A DNA stretch of 64,000 bases from an uncultured Actinomycetes bacterium (GTDB lineage Bacteria; Actinomycetota; Thermoleophilia; UBA2241): the NCBI GenBank assembly GCA_963725665.1, contig CAVRZA010000008.1:1-64000 (forward strand). The letters run 5' to 3'. The notes beneath the pieces are model-generated. The model saw nothing but the letters and a program-made list of their open reading frames with translations, was not told the DNA's origin and made no database searches. The translations under genes and the position numbers were made by a program. How positions within the stretch are numbered: the stretch's first letter is position 1; every line of letters starts with the position of its first letter. This document shows, piece after piece, positions 52,000 to 61,557 of this stretch.

Positions 52000-52127
52000 A
52001 GTCGCAAGGCCCGAGCGGCGCGTGGCGCCGTCGTGCCCTGCCCGCCTGCCGGGCCCTCCTCACAGTCGATCGGAGGCGCGGCGCGGGCGCAGGTTGACAG
52101 GCAACATCATTGGGAGGCAGCGCATCG

Positions 52128-52781
52128 ATGGCTGAGCAGAGCACAAGAGTCCTAGCGGAGCTGAGGGATCGTACCGCCAACCCCGCCCCGTTCGGGCTGA
52201 TGGCGTTCGGCCTCACGACCGTGCTCCTGAACCTGCACAACGCGGGCCTCTTCGGGATGAACACGATGATCCTGGCCATGGGCGTCTTCTACGGCGGCGT
52301 CGCGCAGCTCATCGCCTGCGTGCAGGAGTACAAGAAGAACAACACCTTCGGGGCCACGGCCTTCGGGTCCTACGGCCTCTTCTGGCTCACGTTCGTCGGC
52401 ATCTTTGCCTTCCCCAAGTGGATGGGCATCGAGGCGCCGACGGCGACCGCGATCGGCTGGTACCTCATCTCGTGGGGCGTCTTCACCGGCCTCATGTTCA
52501 TCGGCACGCTCAGGATCAACCGCTCGCTGCAGACGGTGTTCGGCAGCCTCACCATACTGTACGTCCTGCTGGCGATCGCGGAGTGGACGGGCAACGGGAC
52601 CCTGACGAAGGTCGCCGGCTGGGAAGGCGTCTTCGTCGGCCTCTCGGCCGTGTACGGCTCGATCGCGCTGATCTGGAACGAGCTCTACGGGCGCACCGTG
52701 CTGCCCATCGGGCCGGTGGTCAGGGCGGCGGCTACCAAGCCGGCCTCCATCTTGACGAAGGGGGAGCAGGTCTCGGCCTGA
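52128..52781 (+). CDS. satP: Acetate uptake transporter (SatP/GPR1/FUN34/YaaH family)
   Basis: ANPAPFGLMAFG, FYGGVAQ, NTFGATAFGSYGLFW. Confidence 0.9.
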   Translation: MAEQSTRVLAELRDRTANPAPFGLMAFGLTTVLLNLHNAGLFGMNTMILAMGVFYGGVAQLIACVQEYKKNNTFGATAFGSYGLFWLTFVGIFAFPKWMGIEAPTATAIGWYLISWGVFTGLMFIGTLRINRSLQTVFGSLTILYVLLAIAEWTGNGTLTKVAGWEGVFVGLSAVYGSIALIWNELYGRTVLPIGPVVRAAATKPASILTKGEQVSA

Positions 52782-53027
52782 CGGATGCGTGCGGCGGGCG
52801 GCCCGGGAGGGCCGCCCGCCGCGCTCCCTGAGGGGCGGGGCGAGCGACGCCGTGAAGGCGCCGCTCGCCCCGCCCCTCTCGTCTGTCTGGGCGGTCTCTC
52901 TGAGCAGGACGCGAGCCGATCCGCGGCGCGGTATATGCTGAGAGGAAGACGGCCGGGCAGCTGCGCTCGAGACGTGAGTGGCGGGCCGCCGCCGCGGGCA
53001 GACCACGATCGTTCCAGGGAGGCAGCG

Positions 53028-54350
53028 ATGGCCGAGCGCTCGGCGCGTGAGCCCACGAGCGCCGCGTGCGACTTCGTCCTGCGCGGCGCCTCCGAGCTCG
53101 TCAGCATGCGCGGCCCGGATCTCGGCGTGGTCGAGCGCGGCGCGCTGGCGGCGCGCGAGGGACGGATCGTCTGGGTGGGCGCGGAGAGCGAGCTCGAGCG
53201 CGTCGTCACGCTGCGCGACGACGCGCTCGTCGTCGACGCTGAAGGCGCCACCGTGCTCCCGGGGTTCGTCGACGCGCACACGCACGCCGTGTTCGCGGGC
53301 GAGCGCGCTGCCGAGTACGGCGAGCGCCTCGCCGGCGTCTCCTATCAAGAGATCCTCGCCCGCGGCGGCGGCATCAACGCCACTGTGCGGGCGACGCGGC
53401 TAGCTTCCGAGGAGGAGCTGGCCGAGCTCACAAGGCACAGGCTCGACTCCTTCCTCGTGCACGGCACGACGACGCTCGAGGTGAAGAGCGGCTACGGCCT
53501 CACGCTCGAGGACGAGCGCAAGATGTTGCGCGCCGCCGCCGTCGCGCATGCGACGCGCCGCGTGCGCACGATGCTCGGCGCCCACTTCACGCCCCCCGAG
53601 TACACGGGTGACGACGACGCCTTCGTCGACCTCGTAGCGCGCGAGATGGCTCCGGCGCTGCGCGACGAGGCCGAGTTCTGCGACGTCTTCTGTGACGAGG
53701 GCGCCTTCACGGTGCAGCAGTCGCGGCGCGTGCTCGAGGCCGCGCGGGCCGCTGGGTACGGCCTCAAGATCCACGCCGACGAGCTGGCGCGATCGGGGGG
53801 TTCCCTGCTCGCCGCGGAGATGGGCTGTGTGTCGGCCGACCATCTCGTGCACGTCGGCGACAACGAGATCGCCGCGCTGCGCGCGGCCGGCGTCGTCGCC
53901 GTGCTGCTGCCGGGGACGAGCTTCACGCTCCACTCCTCCTACGCGCCGGCGCGCGCCTTCGTCGACGCCGGCGTCACCATCGCCCTCGCCAGCGACTTCA
54001 ACCCCGGCACCTGCTACTGCGAGAACCTGCAAACGATCGTCTCCCTCGCCTGCCAGGAGATGCGTCTGACGCCCGCCGAGGCGCTCCGCGCGGCGACACT
54101 GGGGGGCGCGTACGCGCTGGGTCTGCAGGCTGAGGTCGGCAGTCTCGAGGTGGGCAAACGTTGCGACCTCGTCGTCCTTGCGGCGGCGACGCACCGCGAG
54201 CTGCCCTACCACTTCGGTGTGAACCTGGTCGATGCGGTCGTCGTCAACGGCGAGCTGGTCGTGAGCGGGGGGACGCTGGTGGTCGGGGACCAGAGCGCGC
54301 GGTGCGGCGGCCATACGGGCGCCGGGCAGGGAGGAGGCGTGACGTCGTGA
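53028..54350 (+). CDS. hutI: Imidazolonepropionase
   Basis: PGFVDAHTH, GGGINATVRATR, EVKSGYGL, DVFCDEGAF, KIHADEL, SADHL, ASDFNPG. Confidence 0.95.
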   Translation: MAERSAREPTSAACDFVLRGASELVSMRGPDLGVVERGALAAREGRIVWVGAESELERVVTLRDDALVVDAEGATVLPGFVDAHTHAVFAGERAAEYGERLAGVSYQEILARGGGINATVRATRLASEEELAELTRHRLDSFLVHGTTTLEVKSGYGLTLEDERKMLRAAAVAHATRRVRTMLGAHFTPPEYTGDDDAFVDLVAREMAPALRDEAEFCDVFCDEGAFTVQQSRRVLEAARAAGYGLKIHADELARSGGSLLAAEMGCVSADHLVHVGDNEIAALRAAGVVAVLLPGTSFTLHSSYAPARAFVDAGVTIALASDFNPGTCYCENLQTIVSLACQEMRLTPAEALRAATLGGAYALGLQAEVGSLEVGKRCDLVVLAAATHRELPYHFGVNLVDAVVVNGELVVSGGTLVVGDQSARCGGHTGAGQGGGVTS

Positions 54351-55255
54351 GTCTGATCGAGTGCATCCCCAACTTCTCCGAGGGACGGCGACAGGAGGTC
54401 GTCGATGAGATCGTGGGGGTCATCGCCGGCGTCGAGGGTATCGACGTGCTCGACCGCCAGAGCGATCCGGCCCACAACCGCAGCGTGATCACCTTCGTCG
54501 GGCAGGAGGGCGCGGCCGCCGAGGCCGCGTTCCGCGGCATCGCGGCGGCCGCGCGCCTCATCGACCTCAACCGGCACGAAGGCGCCCACCCGCGCTTTGG
54601 CGCCGCCGATGTGGTGCCCTTCGTCCCGATCGCGGAGGGCGACATGCCGGTCTGCGTCGAGACCGCGCGCGAGCTCGCGCGCCGCGTGGCGCGCGAGCTC
54701 GCCATCCCCGTGTACCTCTACGAGAAGGCCGCCCTGCGCCCCGAGCATCGCGACCTGGCCGACGTGCGCCGCGGCGAGTTCGAGGGGCTACGCGAGGCGA
54801 TCGCCACCGACCCCGAGCGGCGGCCCGACGAGGGCGAGGCGAAGATCCACCCGACGGCGGGCGCGGTCGCCATCGGCGCCCGCGCCCCTCTGGTCGCCTA
54901 CAACGTGAACCTCGATAGTGCAGACGTCGAGCTCGCCAAACGCATCGCACGCGAGATCCGCGAGCGCGACGGCGGGCTACCCAAGCTCAAGGCCATCGGC
55001 CTTGGGCTCCACGACGGGCGCGCGCAGGTATCGATGAACCTGACCGACTACCGCGAGACGTCGCTCCTCGACGCGTACGAGGCCGTGCGCTCGCGAGCCG
55101 CGGCGGCGGGCGTAGCCGTGGCCGAGAGCGAGGTCGTGGGACTCCTGCCTCAAGACGCTCTCGTGCGTCTCGCGCGCGCCGTCCTGAGGGCGGAGGCGTT
55201 CGGTCGTGAGCAGGTCCTCGAGGCGCGCCTCCTCGAAGGCCTGCTGCGCGCCTAA
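54347..55255 (+). CDS. ftcD: Glutamate formimidoyltransferase (stand-alone, no cyclodeaminase domain)
   Basis: ECIPNFSEGR, DPAHNRSVIT, HPRFGAADVVPF, GARAPLVAYNVNL, QVSMNL. Confidence 0.92.
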   Translation: MSLIECIPNFSEGRRQEVVDEIVGVIAGVEGIDVLDRQSDPAHNRSVITFVGQEGAAAEAAFRGIAAAARLIDLNRHEGAHPRFGAADVVPFVPIAEGDMPVCVETARELARRVARELAIPVYLYEKAALRPEHRDLADVRRGEFEGLREAIATDPERRPDEGEAKIHPTAGAVAIGARAPLVAYNVNLDSADVELAKRIAREIRERDGGLPKLKAIGLGLHDGRAQVSMNLTDYRETSLLDAYEAVRSRAAAAGVAVAESEVVGLLPQDALVRLARAVLRAEAFGREQVLEARLLEGLLRA

Positions 55256-55285
55256 CGGCGCGGTGGAGACGCAAGGAGGAGCGAT

Positions 55286-56056
55286 ATGAGCTCACGTGCC
55301 GGTGAGCGGGGCCGCCGCGAGCCTCGGCTTTCAGTCGGCGTTGCGGGCGCGAGGCGGAAGCTCTCGACCTTCTCGATCGCGGCCCGCGATCCCGTGACGG
55401 GGATGCTCGGCGTCGCCGTCTCGTCGAAGGCCTTCTCGGTCGGCAGCCTTTGTCCCTTCGTCGCCGCCGGCGTGGGCGCCGTCGCCACCCAGGCCTGGGT
55501 CAACCCTTACCTGGGCCCTGTAATCCTCGGCCTGCTGGGCGGCGGGCTGGGCGTTGAGGGAGCCCTCGCCAGGGCTCTGGCCGACGATCCTCGGCCCGAG
55601 CTCAGGCAGCTCAGCGCTGTCGACGCCCTGGGGCGTAGCGCGACCTACACGGGGCCGGGCACCGACCCCTGGTGTGGCGGACGCAGCGGCGCCGACTACG
55701 CGGTGGCGGGCAACATGCTTGTCTCCGAGGCGACGACCGACGCCATGGAGAGGACCTTCCTGACGGTCAAGGGCCACGACCTCGCCGACCGTCTCATCTC
55801 TGTGCTCGAGGCCGGGCAGGCAGCCGGGGGAGACCGCCGCGGGCGGCAGTCGGCGGCGGTCATCGTCGCCAACCGCACGATCCTTCCCTACCTCGATCTG
55901 CGCGTCGACGATCACTCCGATCCGGTGGCCGAGCTGCGCCGCCTCTATCAGGTCGCCGCGGCCGAAGAAGACGGCGAGCTCCTGCGCTTCCAGCTCAAGA
56001 TGTCGTCGGTCGTGGGGACCTACGAGGGACTGGAGGAGGCGGAGGAGAAGCGGTAG
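55286..56056 (+). CDS. DUF1028 Ntn-hydrolase-like protein
   Basis: STFSIAARD, GVGAVATQA, AGNML, AGGDRRGRQSAA, DLRVDDHSDP. Confidence 0.88.
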   Translation: MSSRAGERGRREPRLSVGVAGARRKLSTFSIAARDPVTGMLGVAVSSKAFSVGSLCPFVAAGVGAVATQAWVNPYLGPVILGLLGGGLGVEGALARALADDPRPELRQLSAVDALGRSATYTGPGTDPWCGGRSGADYAVAGNMLVSEATTDAMERTFLTVKGHDLADRLISVLEAGQAAGGDRRGRQSAAVIVANRTILPYLDLRVDDHSDPVAELRRLYQVAAAEEDGELLRFQLKMSSVVGTYEGLEEAEEKR

Positions 56057-56125
56057 AGGCGCCCCCGCCCGCGTGGGGTCTCCGTCCGATCCATCCGTCC
56101 GCCCCCTTCTCTATCATCGACTCCG

Positions 56126-56171
56126 TTGACACGAACAAGTGTTCTGGTAACATCGACACGAACACTAGTTC
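56126..56171 (+). promoter_or_regulatory. lexA promoter with two SOS boxes
   Basis: TTGACA-N16-TAACAT; GAACAAGTGTTC (56133-56144) and GAACACTAGTTC (56160-56171). Confidence 0.85.
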
Positions 56172-56186
56172 GATAAAGGAGCCGGC

Positions 56187-56780
56187 GTGAACGACCTCAC
56201 CGAACGGCAGCAGCAAGTGCTCGATTTCATCCGCGCCTTCAGCGAGCGCACCGGGTACCCGCCCACGGTGCGCGAGATCGGCCGCGAGCTCAAGCTCTCG
56301 TCGCCTTCGACGGTGCACGTCCACCTGGCGAACCTCGAGCGGCGGGGGCTCATCCGGCGCGACCCGAGCAAGCCGCGCGCGCTCGAGCTCGTTACCGGCC
56401 TGCGGCCGTCACGGCCGCTGCCTCTTGTCGGGCAGGTCGCGGCCGGCCAACCGATCCTCGCCGAGCAGAACATCGAGGCGTACGTCGAGGTCCCGTCGTT
56501 CATGCGTCTCAGCGACGACGACTTCCTGTTGCGCATCGAAGGCGATTCCATGGTCGGGGCGGGCATCTACAACGGCGACTACATCGTCGTACACGCTCAG
56601 GCCACCGCCGACAACGGCGAGATCGTCGTCGCACTGGTCGACGACGAGGCCACCACCAAGCGTTTCTACAGCGAGCGCGGCAAGATCCGCCTCCAACCCG
56701 AGAACGAGTTGTATGAGCCGATCGTGCTCGACGAGGTCGAGCTCGTCGGCAAGGTGGTGGGGGTGATCCGTAGGCTGTGA
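56187..56780 (+). CDS. lexA: SOS repressor LexA
   Basis: GYPPTVREI, SPSTVHVHL, KPRAL, VAAG cleavage site, GDSM, TTKR. Confidence 0.97.
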   Translation: MNDLTERQQQVLDFIRAFSERTGYPPTVREIGRELKLSSPSTVHVHLANLERRGLIRRDPSKPRALELVTGLRPSRPLPLVGQVAAGQPILAEQNIEAYVEVPSFMRLSDDDFLLRIEGDSMVGAGIYNGDYIVVHAQATADNGEIVVALVDDEATTKRFYSERGKIRLQPENELYEPIVLDEVELVGKVVGVIRRL

Positions 56781-56980
56781 ACGTCGCTCTCGCACACGTC
56801 CCCGAGCCGACGCTGGCCGAGGCCGCCGGTGAGCTGCTTCTACTCGCGCCCAACGGGGCCGGCGCCTGCTTGTGGTGCGGCTCCCGCCGTCTCACCGCCC
56901 GCCGCAACACGGCCGACGGCTCCCTCACCGTGCGCTGCGGCTCCTGCGGCAGCGTCCTGTCCAGCGCGCCTCGCGAGTGA
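56777..56980 (+). CDS. Small zinc-ribbon protein (67 aa)
   Basis: CLWCGS and CGSCGS pairs; GTGA overlap with the lexA stop. Confidence 0.6.
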   Translation: MNVALAHVPEPTLAEAAGELLLLAPNGAGACLWCGSRRLTARRNTADGSLTVRCGSCGSVLSSAPRE

Positions 56981-56983
56981 CCT

Positions 56984-57376
56984 GTGGCGAGGCCTGGCGA
57001 CAGCCCGCGCACATACGCCGAGTGGCCCGTGCCCGCCGGGCGCGCCGCTGAGCGGCGCGCCCGGCGGGCACGGGCCCGCATCCGCCGGCAACGACGCGTG
57101 CGTGGGCTCGTGCGGCTCGCCGTGCTCGTGATCATCGTGGCGGCCGTCGTCTGGGCGGGCGCTCGCGTCGCCAACGCGACCGCCGATCGCTCGGCCGTGA
57201 GTGAGCACGTCTACGTGGTGCATCGCGGCGACACTCTGTGGCAGATCGCGGCCGGCACCTACCGCGGCCGCCGCGATCTGCGGCCGCTCATCTACGACAT
57301 CGAGCGGCGCAACGGCATGGATTCGGCTGATATCACGCCCGGCCAGCGCCTCGTGCTGCCGGTGGCCCCACTGTGA
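56984..57376 (+). CDS. Membrane-anchored LysM protein (YneA/ChiZ-like)
   Basis: Basic N-terminus, one TM, YVVHRGDTLWQIA...ITPGQRLVLP. Confidence 0.85.
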   Translation: MARPGDSPRTYAEWPVPAGRAAERRARRARARIRRQRRVRGLVRLAVLVIIVAAVVWAGARVANATADRSAVSEHVYVVHRGDTLWQIAAGTYRGRRDLRPLIYDIERRNGMDSADITPGQRLVLPVAPL

Positions 57377-57494
57377 CGACGCGGGCGCGGCAGCAACTGC
57401 GGGGGAGGACTGGCATCGCGGCCGCTGGCAATCGCACCGGCGGGCGGTGGGCTCCGGTCTTGTCCAAGGTAGAGCCGTCTCTGGCAGTCGCGTC

Positions 57495-58475
57495 CTAGAG
57501 CCAGCCCTTGCGCTTGAAGGTGAGGTAGAGCAGACCGGAGGCGACGATCATGGCGATCAAGGCGTAGGGGTAGCCGTACCGCCAACCGAGCTCCGGCATG
57601 TGCACGAAGTTCATGCCGTAGATGCTGGCGATGACGGTGGGCAGGGCAATGATGGCCGCCCAGGCGCTCACTTTGAGCACGACCGTGTTCAGGCTGTTTG
57701 AGACGACGGCAAGGTGGTCCTCGAAGGCGGCGGCGATGATCTCACGGTCCATCTCGATCTCCTCGAACACACGCACGACGTGGTCGTAGAGGTCGCGGAA
57801 GTACTCCTCGATAGGCTCGTCGAAGATGGTCTCGTCGCGGCGCACGAGTGCATTCATCACCTCGCGCAGCGGCGCGACCACGCGGCGAAAGTGGATGAGG
57901 TCGCGCCGCAGTGTGTAGGCCTCGCCCACCTGCCCACCTTCACGCGCACCCCACACGAGGTGCTCCTCGACGTCCTCGAGACGTCCCTGCAGACGATCGG
58001 TCACCTCAAAATAGCCGTCGACGATATGGTCGAGCACGGTGTAGCCGACAAATGCGCCACGTTTGGCGAGGTCGGCCGGCGCCCGCTCGAGGCGCGAGCC
58101 CACGTCGCTCAGGTCGAACCCAGCGTCGTGACGCACCGTGATGACGTAGCGACGGGCCACGAACATGCTGAGCTCGTGCAACTTGATACGTCCGTCCTGG
58201 CCCCACTCGGCCGCGTAAGCGGTGACGAAGGCGAAGTCCGGATAGCGGTCGAGCTTGGGGCGCTGGTGCTCGTGCAGTGCGTCCTCGAGTGCGAGGGGGT
58301 GCAGCCCGAACTCCTCGCCAAGACCCTCGACCTGCTCGGGAGTTGGCCCGACCACGTCGAGCCAGATGAGCGTGTCGGGCTGTTCGAGGACCTCCGAGAC
58401 CTGCTCGAGGGGCAGGTCGTCCTCGGCCGGTTTGCCGTCGCGGAAGACTCTCGCTTTAACGCTCACGGTGTTCAT
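57495..58475 (-). CDS. corA: CorA-family Mg/Co transporter
   Basis: HPLALED, HQRPK, YFRDLYDH, YGMNF..MPEL.W.YGY. Confidence 0.93.
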   Translation of the reverse strand: MNTVSVKARVFRDGKPAEDDLPLEQVSEVLEQPDTLIWLDVVGPTPEQVEGLGEEFGLHPLALEDALHEHQRPKLDRYPDFAFVTAYAAEWGQDGRIKLHELSMFVARRYVITVRHDAGFDLSDVGSRLERAPADLAKRGAFVGYTVLDHIVDGYFEVTDRLQGRLEDVEEHLVWGAREGGQVGEAYTLRRDLIHFRRVVAPLREVMNALVRRDETIFDEPIEEYFRDLYDHVVRVFEEIEMDREIIAAAFEDHLAVVSNSLNTVVLKVSAWAAIIALPTVIASIYGMNFVHMPELGWRYGYPYALIAMIVASGLLYLTFKRKGWL

Positions 58476-58591
58476 GTTCAACACGCGGGGCCAAGGTCTT
58501 TCCTCACACCCGGCCGAGAGTCTCCAGGCCGGCAGCGCTCTGCCGTCGGGGGCCGCCGTAGGGTCGAGGGGCGATGCTATACTGGCCCGGC

Positions 58592-58668
<77 letters not shown>

Positions 58669-58677
58669 ACACCACGA

Positions 58678-58753
58678 GCGGGAGTAGCTCAGTCGGCAGA
58701 GCGCCAGCCCTCCAAGCTGGAAGTCGCGGGTTCGAGGCCCGTCTCCCGCTCCA
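58678..58753 (+). tRNA. tRNA-Gly(UCC), C at position 33
   Basis: GCGGGAG acceptor stem, CCAGC-CCTCCAA-GCTGG anticodon arm, U73, CCA. Confidence 0.9.
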
Positions 58754-58774
58754 CCTGCGTCGCCCAATCAGCGC

Positions 58775-58851
58775 GCGCCCGTAGCTCAGTTGGATAGAGC
58801 GGGAGCCTTCTAAGCTCTAGGTCGCAGGTTCGACTCCTGCCGGGCGCGCCA
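58775..58851 (+). tRNA. tRNA-Arg(UCU)
   Basis: GGAGC-CTTCTAA-GCTCT anticodon arm; CCA. Confidence 0.95.
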
Positions 58852-58937
58852 CCTCCACCGTTTTGCAGGCACTCTGCAAACCGCCCGAGACGTAGGCGAG
58901 GCGTTTTGCCCTCGCTTTGACCTCGCTCTTCTCACCG

Positions 58938-59445
58938 CTACCCGCGATCGACGCGTGCTGCCATGAGCTCCGCGGCGCTCTCCTGCAGGGCGGGGATGGC
59001 GTGCGAGTACCCGTCGAGCGTCATGGCGACGCTCGAGTGCCCGAGCCGCTCGCTCATCACCTTGGGGTTAATGCCGGCCGCCAGGCCGTTCGTCGCGTGT
59101 CCGTGCCTAAGGTCGTGCAGGCGGATCCGCGGGAGATCCTTGAGAGTGCCGCCGCGGCCCCGCGCTTGCGTCTGGTCAAAGAGCTTCGTTACGCGGTCGG
59201 GGTGCAGCCCCGCGCCCTTCTCGTCGGCGAACACCCACGTCGTGTCAGCAGGCTTCGCCTCGAAGCGGGGCAAACTCGCTCTCCTGTCGCTCGCGCCACG
59301 ACTGCAGGATCACTGTTGTCTTTGCGTCGAGTGTGATCGACGGGCGGCTGCCTCTCGTCTTCGGCTCGCTCTCGGCGACCTTGTAGCCGACCTGGATGCG
59401 CGCCCGCCGTATCGCTAGCCGACTGCCGGCGAAGTCGATATCGCA
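58938..59445 (-). pseudogene. Tyrosine integrase remnant (C-terminal half, frameshift ~59270)
   Basis: DIDF...EPKTRGSRPSITLD, then RLHDLRHGHAT...ERLGHSSVAMTLDGYSH; N-terminus absent; converges on tRNA-Arg. Confidence 0.85.
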
Positions 59446-59465
59446 CTGTCAGGAGGATGCGCCTG

Positions 59466-59551
59466 GTACATCATTCACAGTGATGCCGGGCACGCAGGAG
59501 GAGGCCGCGGAGAAGATCGACGCCAGGCTGCGGAGGGCACTGGCGGGATAG
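59466..59551 (+). pseudogene. Possible extreme C-terminal scrap of a second integrase
   Basis: MPGTQEEAAEKIDARLRRALAG* resembles the post-catalytic-Tyr tail (compare IPALQESAAELMAARV in the neighbour). Confidence 0.4.
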
Positions 59552-59801
59552 GACGACCGGCAGAACAACGCCGGATGCCCGTAGTCGAGGTCAAGAGGCA
59601 AGACGGCGCCAACGGGGTCCACGAGGCCGCCGGAGCCATCGCCGTCACGCAGGGCGCCTTGCCGACGGAGCCGATGCTCTCGAGCCCGGCGGCTCGGCGG
59701 GTCACTCGGCGGGTGGCCTTCGACGGGCGGTCGTCAGCAGCAGCCGCCTGCGCGTCGTGGACAGGTCGCCCGCCGGACGCAGCGCTCCCCGCCGCACGCC
59801 C

Positions 59802-60731
59802 TCAGGGCACGAACAGAACGTTGTTCCGAGTGTAGTAGAGCGTCTCGCGGGCGATCTTGCCGTCGCGGATCTCGAGCATGGTCACGCCGTCGCCGCCGGC
59901 GTTCCAGATGACGGCCGCCCAACCGGCGCCGAAGGCATAGCTGAGGTTCGTGAAGGTTAGGCTCCAACCGGCCGGCGTCTTGAAGATCTTGGCATAGTGG
60001 GCCTGCACCTGGCCGGGATCGTGCCCGACCGTGTCGGAGGCGGTGTCGGCGAAGGCGATCGTGGGCGCGCTCAAGGCGGCCATCGCGGCGGCGTCCTGGG
60101 CCTGCAGCGCAGCCGCGTACTTGAGCGCCACGCCCTCGGCCGCCGCCGGCGAGTCCTGCGGTCCCGGCGCCGACTTGAGCGGCGCTGGCGCGAGTGGCCG
60201 GCCCTTCTCGGAGGCCTCGTAGTACCACGCCTCGTACCCGATCTTGCCGCTGCGGCTCTCGAGGACTACGAGGACTTGCATCGATCCGTTGGTGGATTCA
60301 TCGCGGTAATCCCAGCGCAGCTCAGTCACCCCCCAGCCGACGCCGGCGTAGCCCGCGTAGACGCGAGCGCCGGTGGTCATGGCGAGGCTCCTTCGGAGTG
60401 CCTTGAGAACCACCGCCTTGCCCTTCCCGTGCACGTTGTAGGCGCAGTCGACGAAAGCTACATCGGCCGCGTAGAGAGGGCCGAACCGGTCGGTTCTCCA
60501 CGCGACCCACGCGGCGGTGTAGCCGTCGACCACCTTCTTGGTGACGGCGACCGAGTCGCTGCCGACGAGGGCCACGGGCGTGGCGGCAGCGAACGGCGTC
60601 GCGGAGGGCGAGGTCGCCGCCCTTGTGCTCGAGCCGCCGCAGGCAGCGAGCGTGAGCGTGGCGACCACGACGAGCGACGCGAGCCCGATTGCGATGGATG
60701 CCGATGACCCGAATCCCCATTGCGGCTTCAT
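59802..60731 (-). CDS. Lipoprotein with two NTF2/SnoaL-like domains
   Basis: Lipobox LAAC, S/T/P linker, internal repeat (LYAADVAFVD / LSAPTIAFAD; ESRSGKIGYEAWYY / EIRDGKIARETLYY). Confidence 0.75.
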   Translation of the reverse strand: MKPQWGFGSSASIAIGLASLVVVATLTLAACGGSSTRAATSPSATPFAAATPVALVGSDSVAVTKKVVDGYTAAWVAWRTDRFGPLYAADVAFVDCAYNVHGKGKAVVLKALRRSLAMTTGARVYAGYAGVGWGVTELRWDYRDESTNGSMQVLVVLESRSGKIGYEAWYYEASEKGRPLAPAPLKSAPGPQDSPAAAEGVALKYAAALQAQDAAAMAALSAPTIAFADTASDTVGHDPGQVQAHYAKIFKTPAGWSLTFTNLSYAFGAGWAAVIWNAGGDGVTMLEIRDGKIARETLYYTRNNVLFVP

Positions 60732-60788
60732 GACCTGCTCCCTTCTCCCTTGCCCCTGAGTCGTTCGATCCTCAGGCGCCGCTGCGCC

Positions 60789-61557
60789 TCACCAGGGGAA
60801 ATACCGCCCAAGCCCGTACGCCGCGGGCTTTCCCCTCCCGTTCTGCTCAGTGACGTAGATCTGCAGGACGCCGACGCCGGGCCAGCCCACGATGTAGCCT
60901 GCGACGATGGGTTTGGCTGCGGTAGGCCAGTCCAGCTTCGCGACGACGCGGTCGTAGAACCAGTATTTCGCCGCGTCCATTGCCCAGGTCTCACCCTTGC
61001 TGAGGACCCCATACGATTTCCACGGAATCATGCCGTGAGTCCACGGCGGCACACCAAAGTAAGGATCGTCGTACCCCCCCGCTGATGGTGGCGATGGGGC
61101 GCACCTCTCCGCTGGCCGTGTCGACCACGGCGGACACGTCGATGCCGGCCTGCATCAGCACGACCACGTAAGCGACGATCGCCCCCGGCTGGCCGACGTA
61201 CTTGCGATAGTCGTTGCGGTCAGTGCGGTAACCCTGGTACTCAGGGTCATTGACGAAGTCGGCGGCCGCCGCGAGCATCCTCTTCTCGTGTGTCGTCAAC
61301 TGGTGCTCCCCGAGCGGGGCGGCGGTGAACCACGTGATGGGCCTCTCGCTTGGCGAGACCGTCGCGCTGCCTTGTGCCGCCGCACTCTTTGCGCAGCCGC
61401 CGAGCGTCAGCGCAGACAGACCGCAGGTCGCGACAGCGAGGAGCGCGCCAAGGGCGAGAGTGAGCGGCAGGCGTGACCCGCGGCAGACTGTGCTGCGACG
61501 GGCGCAGCGTGCTGTCTCTTGTGCGGGGACTGATCTGGTGGCGAGTCGAACGTCCAT
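60789..61557 (-). CDS. Hypothetical lipoprotein, split by a frameshift at the C-run ~61075-61080
   Basis: SD GGAAGGAAGGAA, LGGC lipobox; ORFs 60991 and 60789 join at the homopolymer. Confidence 0.55.

Noticed and set aside
59811-59828. GAAC...GTTC as another LexA box
   Set aside because: The spacer is 3 nt rather than 4, and the site lies within the 3' end of a CDS
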